The notes beneath the pieces are model-generated. The model was not told the DNA's origin and ran no database searches. It saw only the letters and a program-made list of their open reading frames with translations. A stretch of 64,000 nucleotides of DNA, taken from a virus. Both the position numbers and the translations under genes were made by a program. The stretch spans positions 1 to 64,000 of IMG/VR virus record IMGVR_UViG_3300031954_000001. The stretch is one strand, 5' to 3'. Shown here in pieces: positions 27,711-35,821 of this stretch; within the stretch, counting starts at the first letter, position 1; each line of letters starts with the position of its first letter.

Positions 27711-27980
27711 ATGAACAACCAAGGGAAACTGACCGGCGGGACGAACTTCCTGCTCCTCGCGAGCATCGTGGCGGCCATCGTCGGCGGCGCGATGGCCCCG
27801 GACAACCAGGTCTACACCTGGCTGCTGATCGGCGCCTTCGTCGCGTGCTTCACCGCGCTCAACAACGTCTACCTGTCGGTCCGGACCAAGGTCCGGGAAG
27901 CGGAAATCCGCCAGGACGAGCGCACCAAGCTGGCCAGCGGAGCAATCCGGCTCCGGCCGCGAAACGACGGCCAGCGGTAA
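27711..27980 (+). CDS. Small two-TM membrane protein
   Basis: Palindrome plus GAACAGGAGA leader; two hydrophobic helices. Confidence 0.75.
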   Translation: MNNQGKLTGGTNFLLLASIVAAIVGGAMAPDNQVYTWLLIGAFVACFTALNNVYLSVRTKVREAEIRQDERTKLASGAIRLRPRNDGQR

Positions 27981-28023
27981 ACCCACCCAACCAACCCAAC
28001 GAGAAGGAACAGGAGATAGCACC

Positions 28024-28506
28024 GTGCTAGATCCAGAGATCACGCCCAGCAAGGCGATGCGCGAGACGGGCCGGTGGACGCCAGCCCTCATCATGATCTG
28101 CCTGGCCGCCGTCCTGGTGGTCACCGCAGGCATCCTGGTACCCGGCTACTACATCGGCGGCTGGTTCGGCAAGCACAACATCGCGCGGACCTACAACAAC
28201 ACCGTCACCAGCCAGAGTTACCAGGACGCGCTGCTCGCGCAGATGCAGCAGCACCTGACCAACATCACCGGCCCGGGCGGCCTGCAGGCGCAGCGCCAGT
28301 CAGTCCCGGCGAGCTCGCCCGAACAGGCGAACCTGCGGGCCAGCGAGCTGAACGAGATCGGCTCGCTGTGCAGCGAATCCACCCGGTTCGCGCCACAGAT
28401 GGAAGGCCCGGCCGGCGCTCAGCTGCAGACGACCATCGCGGCCAACTGCGCCGCCGGCACCCCAGTGGAGGCCCCGCCGCTGGCCGACCCCGTACCCACC
28501 AGCTGA
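28024..28506 (+). CDS. Membrane-anchored protein
   Basis: GAACAGGAGA RBS; one TM. Confidence 0.8.
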   Translation: MLDPEITPSKAMRETGRWTPALIMICLAAVLVVTAGILVPGYYIGGWFGKHNIARTYNNTVTSQSYQDALLAQMQQHLTNITGPGGLQAQRQSVPASSPEQANLRASELNEIGSLCSESTRFAPQMEGPAGAQLQTTIAANCAAGTPVEAPPLADPVPTS

Positions 28507-28525
28507 CCCCAGGAGGACAGTAACC

Positions 28526-29206
28526 ATGACACACACCTTCACCATCCGCGTCAGCCGCGGCTGGATCGTCATCGCCGCCGTGGTGATGGCGGTCCTGCTC
28601 GCCGCGGGAATCGGCGCCTGCACGAACAGCGGCGGCGGCAACGCCGCGGAGGGCGCCGCCCAGGGCGCGTCCACCAACCTGCTGGAGCAGAACCAGCCGC
28701 TGCCGATCTTCCCGACCAGCGCACTGCGGCAGAACCTGATCGAGATCGAGGCGATCCAGTCGCTCGGCTCGCCCACCACCACGTTTTTCTTCCCGCCAGG
28801 CGGCAGCCCGAACAGCGGGGCCGCGCCGATCGCCAGCTGCCCGTCCCAGGGTGAGCCGATCCCGAACACGGCCAGCCTGTCCAACCCGCACAAGCCGTAC
28901 CAGGGACCGATCACCACAGACGGCGGCATCGCCGTGGACCAGATGGACCCGAACGGCATCTACGCCCCGACGTCCAGCTCGGGCACCTACGTGCTGTGCG
29001 TCACGTCCAGCGGCGGGGTCGCCCTGCACTACTGGGAGGGTGACGTCTACACCACCTCCGGGTCGGCGGTCTGGAACGCGGCCACGCACGAGGTCCAGCA
29101 AGTCGGGCCGTCACAGCTGCCTGTCTGCACGGTCAAGCAGGCCGCTGACGGCGACGGCACCGGGCTGAAGGCCGGCTCCCCCTACTACCACTGCGTCAAG
29201 GCGTAG
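28526..29206 (+). CDS. Lipoprotein
   Basis: Signal peptide ending IGAC; DQMDPNGIY...GTYVLC. Confidence 0.8.
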   Translation: MTHTFTIRVSRGWIVIAAVVMAVLLAAGIGACTNSGGGNAAEGAAQGASTNLLEQNQPLPIFPTSALRQNLIEIEAIQSLGSPTTTFFFPPGGSPNSGAAPIASCPSQGEPIPNTASLSNPHKPYQGPITTDGGIAVDQMDPNGIYAPTSSSGTYVLCVTSSGGVALHYWEGDVYTTSGSAVWNAATHEVQQVGPSQLPVCTVKQAADGDGTGLKAGSPYYHCVKA

Positions 29207-29208
29207 CC

Positions 29209-29463
29209 GTGGCACTGACCGAGAACAACGAGCTGCTGTACCAGCTGCTGGACCCCCCGGCCCGCAGGGTCTACGACGTCTCCGTGCTAGCGGGCGACAT
29301 AGCGGAACTGCGCGAGGCGCGAGACAGCTACCTGGCCGACATCGCCATGCTGCGCGAGGGCGGCCACGACGTCGCGCCGGACGCGGAACTGCTGGCCCGG
29401 ATAGACGCGGAGATCGCTACGACCATCGAGGCCCTGGACGGCCTGGACGAACAGGAAGCATAG
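29209..29463 (+). CDS. Hypothetical protein
   Basis: Tight packing, codon bias. Confidence 0.65.
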   Translation: MALTENNELLYQLLDPPARRVYDVSVLAGDIAELREARDSYLADIAMLREGGHDVAPDAELLARIDAEIATTIEALDGLDEQEA

Positions 29464-29465
29464 CC

Positions 29466-29627
29466 ATGGCACTGACCAGGAGCCAGATCGAGCACATCGC
29501 CGCCGACGCGTATGACCTGCGCGCCGCGATGCTATCCCGGGGCGCCGACATCGCGGTGGCCAACGAGTGGGTGAAGGGCGCGATGCTCGGCATCCTCATG
29601 TACGAAACCGACCCGCCCGGCGAGTAA
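29466..29627 (+). CDS. Small hypothetical protein
   Basis: CAGGA RBS; MALTRSQIEH. Confidence 0.6.
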   Translation: MALTRSQIEHIAADAYDLRAAMLSRGADIAVANEWVKGAMLGILMYETDPPGE

Positions 29628-29640
29628 GGGAGGTGATGAG

Positions 29641-29871
29641 GTGGCGCAAGCGTACCTGGTTGACGCGGACGGCGAGCGGTTCGATGTGACCGCGGAACTG
29701 GCCGCGGCGGTCGGCAGCGCGGCGATGTCCGGGAAACGGTTCAACGACTGCGGAGAACTCGGGATCGCCCCGGGTCCGGTCGGCCTGAACGACCTGCTCA
29801 CCTACGGCGGCGCGGCCCTGGCCGAGCAGCTAAACAGCGAGAACGAGCGGTTCCAGCGCGAGAGCGGCTAA
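29641..29871 (+). CDS. Hypothetical protein
   Basis: GGGAGGTGA RBS. Confidence 0.7.
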   Translation: MAQAYLVDADGERFDVTAELAAAVGSAAMSGKRFNDCGELGIAPGPVGLNDLLTYGGAALAEQLNSENERFQRESG

Positions 29872-29873
29872 GG

Positions 29874-30254
29874 CTACCAAGGGCGTCCCGCCTCAGTGTC
29901 CGGCTTCGGCCGGGACTGGGGCCGGGCGTCCTGCCCGGGCCGGGTCAGCTCGGCGATCACCCGCTTGGCCCGCTCGATCGACATCGGCCCCCTGAGCTGG
30001 TTGCAGTACACCGGCCGCCCGGCCATCGCACTGCACTCGATGCACGGGTTGCCGGGCGCGCCATGGGCCGGCCTGCAGTTCGAGAGACTGAACGCCAGGT
30101 CGGGCCGGTCGGCGTAGGAGATGACGTGGTCGGCCTGCCGGGCGCCGCCGTGGCCGCTAAACACAGGTGACACAACCCGCCGTAGTGGCTGATCACCATG
30201 CGGGCGAAGGTTTCCCAGCCTTAATCGGTGGCCCCGGGGTTTGGGGTGCGTCAC
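29874..30254 (-). pseudogene. Small HNH endonuclease (HK97 gp74-like) with two mutually compensating frameshifts
   Basis: Removing 30219-30225 and 30157-30161 gives RGHRWETFARMVISHYGGLCHLCGHGGARQADHV...PAH...CNQLRG; GGAGGAGG RBS. Confidence 0.7.
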
Positions 30255-30350
30255 CTGAAAACCACCTCCTCCCGACAACCAACGTTTCTGCTCCAGGGGT
30301 TGTCTGCTAAAGCAGAACTACCACGAATACGGAACGAACAGGAGAACGAC

Positions 30351-30623
30351 ATGAGAAAAGTAGACGGAACCGAGTACCTGGACGCCCGCGAGATGCGCGT
30401 CTGGAAAGCGGTCCAGCGGCTGAACGGCCAGGGCCGCACCACCAACAGCAGTCAGCTGGCCACGGCCGCGCGGCTGTCCCGGAACGCGGCCACCTTCACG
30501 GCCACCCACCTGAAGGCGCGCGGGTACCTGCGCGACGCGGGCAAGGGCGCGGCCTACCACTGGCGGACCACCGCCAAGGTCCCGGTGCAGGACCCGGCGA
30601 CGATGGCGGAGGAGGCATCATGA
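30351..30623 (+). CDS. Winged-helix DNA-binding protein
   Basis: SSQLATAARLSRNAATFTATHLKARGYL. Confidence 0.75.
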   Translation: MRKVDGTEYLDAREMRVWKAVQRLNGQGRTTNSSQLATAARLSRNAATFTATHLKARGYLRDAGKGAAYHWRTTAKVPVQDPATMAEEAS

Positions 30624-30982
30624 ACGAGCCCTGGTTCTCCACCGACACGGTGGCCAAGGTGTTCCTGGGCCGCTCCAGCGCCTGGCTGCGCAAGCACATG
30701 CGGAACCTGGCCGGGTACGGCTTCCCCGACATCACGCGGAGCGAGAAGGGCGACCGGCGGTTCAGCCTGGACGAGATCGAGAAGCTGGCCCGCGCGCTGC
30801 GGGCCGCCGACGCCATCAGCGACGAGCGGCTGGAGGTCGCGACCGGGATTATCGCCCTGGTCAGGCAGCAGTACGCCAGGACCTACAGCACGACGCGATC
30901 CGCCCAGTGGGCCAGGAGCCCGAAAGGCCGGGCCTGGCGAACGGCCCGCAGGCAGCAGGACACAACCGAGGAGGCGTCATGA
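30620..30982 (+). CDS. MerR/excisionase-like HTH protein
   Basis: FSTDTVAKVFLGRSSAWLR...RSEKGDRRFSLDEIEK. Confidence 0.75.
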   Translation: MNEPWFSTDTVAKVFLGRSSAWLRKHMRNLAGYGFPDITRSEKGDRRFSLDEIEKLARALRAADAISDERLEVATGIIALVRQQYARTYSTTRSAQWARSPKGRAWRTARRQQDTTEEAS

Positions 30983-31212
30983 GCGGGAACGTACCACCGG
31001 ACAAGCTGGCGGCCATCGACCAGGCCAACGCCGAAGCGGCCGAGGACGTCGCCCGGCTCGTGCAACTCGCCCGGCAGCTGACCGCCGAAGCGGGCCGAAC
31101 CCAGGCCGACTTCCATATTGCCGCGGCGATCGACCCGCTCGGTGAGTACCACGCCAAGTGGCTACTGAACGCCGCGATCATGGTGATGGCCGACACGGCC
31201 GGGCCACCCTAG
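30979..31212 (+). CDS. Hypothetical protein
   Basis: GAGGAGG RBS. Confidence 0.7.
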   Translation: MSGNVPPDKLAAIDQANAEAAEDVARLVQLARQLTAEAGRTQADFHIAAAIDPLGEYHAKWLLNAAIMVMADTAGPP

Positions 31213-31222
31213 GAGGTGAGCG

Positions 31223-31468
31223 ATGCCACGCCCGATGACGCCGGCTGAGATAGCCGAGATCGACCAGACCCTGGCGATGGCGGGCGACGAGCTGAACCAG
31301 CTGCTGGAGATCATCCGGGACCTGGCTGCCGGGCAGGGACGAGTGAAAGCGCTGGCGGACATCGCCTGCCTCCTGGCTCGCCAGCATCCGGCCAGGATCC
31401 AGGGACTGCTGCTGACCGCGCTGTGGAGGCTGGCCTGGCAGGAGGAGGCGGGCGATGAGGAACCTTGA
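31223..31468 (+). CDS. Hypothetical protein
   Basis: AGGAGGTGA RBS; shares an A.IDQ..A motif with the preceding gene. Confidence 0.7.
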   Translation: MPRPMTPAEIAEIDQTLAMAGDELNQLLEIIRDLAAGQGRVKALADIACLLARQHPARIQGLLLTALWRLAWQEEAGDEEP

Positions 31469-31664
31469 CAAGCTGGAACGCATCCGGGCACGGCACCTGC
31501 TGCAGGAACTATCCGAGCATGCGCTGACGGTGCGCAACGCGATGGACCCGCAGCACGGCGTGTTCCGCATCACCGACGAGGCGTGGGCCGAGCAGTGGGC
31601 GTCCCTGACCAGGGAACTGGATTTCTTCACCGCGCAGGTAAACGGGCAGGACGATCCCGGCTAG
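31455..31664 (+). CDS. Hypothetical protein
   Basis: GGAGGAGG RBS. Confidence 0.7.
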   Translation: MRNLDKLERIRARHLLQELSEHALTVRNAMDPQHGVFRITDEAWAEQWASLTRELDFFTAQVNGQDDPG

Positions 31665-31848
31665 TGCCTGGCGGGTCGGGATCGAGCAGCCAGGGCGGCC
31701 GGGTTGCCGTGAGGGACCACGGCACCCGGCGACCCGGGCGCGGGCTCGCAGGACGGCGCGGCACGAGGATGCCGCCCCCGCCATCGCGCAGCAGTTCTGG
31801 TTCCGGTCGGGGCACTGTTCAGTTGTGCGTCCGCGCCGTCCTGCGTCC

Positions 31849-32586
31849 TCATGCCGCCCACCCGTCCAGCCGCAGCACCTGCTCAGTGGCCAGCCCGACC
31901 GGGATCCTCCCGCCGGACATGGTAGGCAGCCACAGCCTGCCGCAGCTGTTGATGACCACGTCGTCGCTGCAGAACGGCCACGTCCACAGCGGCTCGCGCC
32001 AGCCGCCGAGGCGTTCCAGCACCGCGCCCAGGGGGACGTCGGTTTCTTCCAGCTCCCGCAGCGCTTCGCGGTCCCACACCCGGCTGGGGATGATCATGGA
32101 CGTGACCCGGGCGCACAGCTTGTCGGTCTGCGCAGTGCGCAGCTCACCGCGGCGTCGCATGGCCAGGCGGCTGCCGTCCAGGATGGTCATCAGCTGATCC
32201 CGCTCGGCTGAGGTCATCGCCGTCCGGCCGTCGCGGACCACCCGCGCCGAGATCGGCTCGCCGGCCAGCTTCGCGGCCAGGGACGTGAACAGGTTCCCGG
32301 CCGCCAGCTTGCGGGCCAGCACGGCTACCGGGTGGGTGTCAGTCTCATCCGGGACATAGCTCGGCAAGCCGTCAGGCGGCCCCGGGATGCGCTCATCAAG
32401 GAACCCGCCGACCGCAGCGCACCCCGGGCATCGCTCCCGGGCCTCGGGCGTCAGCGTCTGGCGGATGTCAGCGATCACGTCGAACATGACGCCCATCAGG
32501 GTCAGGTCGGCGGGCAGGTCAAGCCCTGCAGGCTGCGCGGAAGCCTTCATAACGGCACGTAACCACGCAGTCATCGAGGGTGTCAA
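31849..32586 (-). CDS. Chorismate pyruvate-lyase (UbiC/UTRA fold)-like protein
   Basis: FTSL....RRRGELR...CARVTSMIIPSR....LEETDVPLGAVL resembles the UbiC/DUF98 pattern; start uncertain. Confidence 0.55.
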   Translation of the reverse strand: MTPSMTAWLRAVMKASAQPAGLDLPADLTLMGVMFDVIADIRQTLTPEARERCPGCAAVGGFLDERIPGPPDGLPSYVPDETDTHPVAVLARKLAAGNLFTSLAAKLAGEPISARVVRDGRTAMTSAERDQLMTILDGSRLAMRRRGELRTAQTDKLCARVTSMIIPSRVWDREALRELEETDVPLGAVLERLGGWREPLWTWPFCSDDVVINSCGRLWLPTMSGGRIPVGLATEQVLRLDGWAA

Positions 32587-32716
32587 TCAACGGAGCGTAG
32601 TTTTGTAACTGTTCACTCACGGATTGCGAACAGGCCCCGGACGCCGTGACCGGCGAGCACAGACGGCACAGACCCCGGGGGCTAGCTCATCACACCAGGA
32701 CGGCCTGAAAACGGCT

Positions 32717-32932
32717 CTACGACGACCCACCGCGGTCGGAAGCAGCCTTCAGGCGGGCGATGGCTGCGTCATCCCGGGGCCGGTCCTCACCCCAGGCGCC
32801 GTCAGGCCGCTGCACGAGCCCGGGGATCTGGGACGGATGCACGTGCCGCAGCCCGTTGTCTCGCAGGTGCAGGTCGAACGCGGTAACTCCGGTGAACACG
32901 ATCTTGCACGGGGCACACTCACTCCTGGCCAT
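32717..32932 (-). CDS. Phage FDxH Zn-binding protein
   Basis: CAPCKIVFTGVTAFDLH. Confidence 0.65.
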   Translation of the reverse strand: MARSECAPCKIVFTGVTAFDLHLRDNGLRHVHPSQIPGLVQRPDGAWGEDRPRDDAAIARLKAASDRGGSS

Positions 32933-32973
32933 ATGTCCATGATACCGGGTGGGACCGTCAGTTCTTGCCGGAG

Positions 32974-33882
32974 CTATCTTGCGTTGATGTCGCCGATGCC
33001 GGACCAGGCCCAGCTGCCCTGCAGCCACTTCTTGCGGTACTTGCAAGGCTTCCTGGACCCGTTCGTGTAGGTGAGCTCTACCCACCAGTCCCTGCTGATC
33101 GAGATGCCTGTACCGCTTACCGCGCCGGACTGGCCAGGGTCGATACGACCCCAGTTTCCCCATCCTGGCGGGAAGTAGATAACCGACCCGTTCTCATCCA
33201 GGCCCGCGTAATGCACGCCGCCGTCCGGGTCTACCGCTGATGAGATGCACACGTCTGCTCCTGTTCCTGGCGGCGCGGGCTGGGCGGACGCGGGCCTGGG
33301 CCACTGGCCGTAGTCCGAAGCGTGCGCCTCGTCCCAGTCGATGGCGCCGCCGCACACGGTCACGTCGTTCTTCACCTGGCGGAGCTGAGCCCGGGGTTCC
33401 CACATGCCCTCGCTCCAGGCGTACGTCTGCCAGCCGTAGGTGATCCGGCCGGTGCCGAACATCCGCTGGCAGAACGTGTCGTCGCCGTACCCGCCCGTCC
33501 TGGCCAGCCCGATGACGGACTTGACCCCGTCAAAGTAGGCATCAGCCGCGGACTTTGCCGAGGAGGACATCGCCTCGTAATCCTGGTCGCACGGGAAGTA
33601 CACGGGCAGCCCGGCCATCCCCAGGCCCGCCACGAAGCTGTCCGCCTTGCGGGCGTCGGCCTGCCCCGCGGAGTAACCGCCGGCCATCTGCGTCTTGGAG
33701 TACTGGTAGACGACGCAGACCGTCATGCCGCGACTCAGGATCTTATCCAGCTCGGACTTGGACAGGTCCTTGGACGGGTCGCCGGAGCCGTAGCGGCACA
33801 GGAACCGCACGCCGTTGTTCCACAGGCAGTCCAGGTCAGGGCGATCCCACGAATAGTCCGCGCCCTTCGCCACCATCGCCAT
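32974..33882 (-). CDS. Endolysin, DUF1906 (GH25-like TIM barrel) peptidoglycan hydrolase with C-terminal binding domain
   Basis: GADYSW..P....GVRFLCRY....KDLSKSE...VYFPCDQD...TGGYG...WQTYAWS. Confidence 0.85.
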   Translation of the reverse strand: MAMVAKGADYSWDRPDLDCLWNNGVRFLCRYGSGDPSKDLSKSELDKILSRGMTVCVVYQYSKTQMAGGYSAGQADARKADSFVAGLGMAGLPVYFPCDQDYEAMSSSAKSAADAYFDGVKSVIGLARTGGYGDDTFCQRMFGTGRITYGWQTYAWSEGMWEPRAQLRQVKNDVTVCGGAIDWDEAHASDYGQWPRPASAQPAPPGTGADVCISSAVDPDGGVHYAGLDENGSVIYFPPGWGNWGRIDPGQSGAVSGTGISISRDWWVELTYTNGSRKPCKYRKKWLQGSWAWSGIGDINAR

Positions 33883-33927
33883 GCCCGGGCTCCTCCGCAC
33901 GAGGGGGGTTTCGGGACCAGCCTACGC

Positions 33928-34242
33928 TCACCCGTAATCGCCGGCTTCAGTGTACCCGTACGGGAGCAGCGGGACCGGCGGCGGCGCAGGCGGCAGGGGC
34001 ACCTGCGCCGCGGCCTCGTTCCACACCCATTCCGGCCATTGCCAGACCCAGAACGGATCTTCCCACACCTTGGCCTGCCCGAGACCGTGACAGCGGGCGA
34101 TCCGCGCAGCAAACAACCCTAGCTGTTGCCTGAAGCCGAGGTCGGCGGGCAGGCCGCGGTGTGTTACGTACCAGAGTGCCGTGCAGACCCAGCCGTCAGG
34201 CAACAGTCTGCGATTGTCTGTAACCGGAGTGTAAGGGTTCAC
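33928..34242 (-). CDS. Hypothetical protein
   Basis: GTG start with a GGGAG RBS supplied by the palindrome. Confidence 0.6.
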   Translation of the reverse strand: MNPYTPVTDNRRLLPDGWVCTALWYVTHRGLPADLGFRQQLGLFAARIARCHGLGQAKVWEDPFWVWQWPEWVWNEAAAQVPLPPAPPPVPLLPYGYTEAGDYG

Positions 34243-34520
34243 GTGATGCTCCCACCGATGGGAAGGTTGCGGCCCATCGTGCCCGGCCCGCCCGTCGCGC
34301 CGTGCCCGGCCAGCCACCCGGCGCAGAACAGCGCCTCGCCGATCGCCATGTCGGCCTCCCGGTCCCGCTCGGGCAGCTCGGACCAGAACACCGTCCAGGA
34401 CGGGTAGTCCGCGACGTCGGGCTGGCACAGCGCCCAGCCGATCCACTTGCGGCGGACGCGCTCGCCCAGCTCCTCGCGGGTCACCCCGGCCAGGGCCATG
34501 ATCGTCTCGTTCACCGTCAT
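34239..34520 (-). CDS. Hypothetical protein (RyR-repeat-like motif)
   Basis: PSWTVFWSELPERDREADM. Confidence 0.65.
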   Translation of the reverse strand: MTVNETIMALAGVTREELGERVRRKWIGWALCQPDVADYPSWTVFWSELPERDREADMAIGEALFCAGWLAGHGATGGPGTMGRNLPIGGSIT

Positions 34521-35821
34521 GGTCTCGTCTCCTCACAGGCTGCGAACTCGCCCAGGCCCAGGCGCTTGCGGGCCAGCGTGCACGCATCCGGGTCGTTCTC
34601 GGCGCCGACAGCCCGGAAGCCTTCCAGCCCGGCGGCCTGCAGCGTGGTCCCGGTACCGGCGAACGGGTCGATGAGCAGTCCGTCCGGGGGCGTGACCAGC
34701 CGGGCCAGCCAGCGCATCACCGCCAGCGGCTTCACCGCGATATGCGGGTTCACCCCGTCCACCGCGGGGCGCTCGGACTTCGGCGCCTTCGCCGCGTACA
34801 GGAACGGGGCATCCTGCGGCCCCCATTCCGTCTGCGGGAAGAACCGGGCATGCTCTCCCGCCAGGGCGACCGGGCAGCCGGGCTCGCACGACCCGTCGCA
34901 CCCGGGGAAATGGGTGAGGATCAGGTCCGGGGGCCAGCGTCCGGCCGAGCCGTCATAGTCCGTACGCTGCGCCCCGGCCTCCCAGGTGCCGTACGTGCCA
35001 TTCGCGCCCATCCGGTCCGAAGCATTCGAATACCTGGTGTGCTGGTTCTTGCCCTGCGATTCGGCCAGGTCCGCCGCGCTGGCGTGCGCGACCAGGCACC
35101 CGGCGATGTTCAGCGCCCCGGTCCCGTGCGCTAGCACGTTCGCGGCGACGGTGCCGTCCAGTGGCTTACGGGCGACGAGCACCGGCTCGATCGCGGGCTT
35201 GAGCGTGGTACCCCAGCCGTTCCAGCGGGCCGCCTCCGGCGTGGCGGGAACAGTGAGACTGCGACCGGCCGGCCGGACGTAGGCATCATCTGCGAACGTC
35301 AGTCCCTGCGTCGAGTGATCGGCTCGCGGCCTGCGGCTGGCGAACCGCCCCTGGCCGACGACCTCGCGCACCGCCCCCGCCGCCTTGTCGATCGCCTTGG
35401 ACACATCCAGCGATTTCGGGAACCCGCTCCCGTAAATCCAGGCGATGCTGTCCCGGATCTCAAACCCGGCCAGCCGGATGGACAGCCCCATCAGGTCCTG
35501 GGTGCGGGGGGCGGCGAACGCGAGCAGCCACGAGCCCGGCTTCAGCACCCGGTACACCTCGTCCCAGGCGCCGGGCGGCGGCACGAAGGCGTCCCACCCC
35601 CGGCCCATGAATCCCTTGCCGTCCGGGACGTGCAGCCGGTCCCCGGCCAGCCACGCGGCCAGCGCCTGCTCGGTCCGCTTGCGCGGATGCTCCGCCAGCC
35701 CGTACGGCGGGTCTGTGCAGCAGGCGTCCGCGCTGGCATCCGGCAGCGACCCGAGCACGGCCAGCATGTCCGTGCCGAACAGGGCGACCCGCCCGTCCTC
35801 GCTTGCCCAGCTACTTGCCAC
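34517..35821 (-). CDS. DNA methyltransferase (N6-adenine/N4-cytosine, beta class)
   Basis: TDPPY, VLKPG, HIAVKP, DPFAGTGTT. Confidence 0.92.
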   Translation of the reverse strand: MASSWASEDGRVALFGTDMLAVLGSLPDASADACCTDPPYGLAEHPRKRTEQALAAWLAGDRLHVPDGKGFMGRGWDAFVPPPGAWDEVYRVLKPGSWLLAFAAPRTQDLMGLSIRLAGFEIRDSIAWIYGSGFPKSLDVSKAIDKAAGAVREVVGQGRFASRRPRADHSTQGLTFADDAYVRPAGRSLTVPATPEAARWNGWGTTLKPAIEPVLVARKPLDGTVAANVLAHGTGALNIAGCLVAHASAADLAESQGKNQHTRYSNASDRMGANGTYGTWEAGAQRTDYDGSAGRWPPDLILTHFPGCDGSCEPGCPVALAGEHARFFPQTEWGPQDAPFLYAAKAPKSERPAVDGVNPHIAVKPLAVMRWLARLVTPPDGLLIDPFAGTGTTLQAAGLEGFRAVGAENDPDACTLARKRLGLGEFAACEETRP

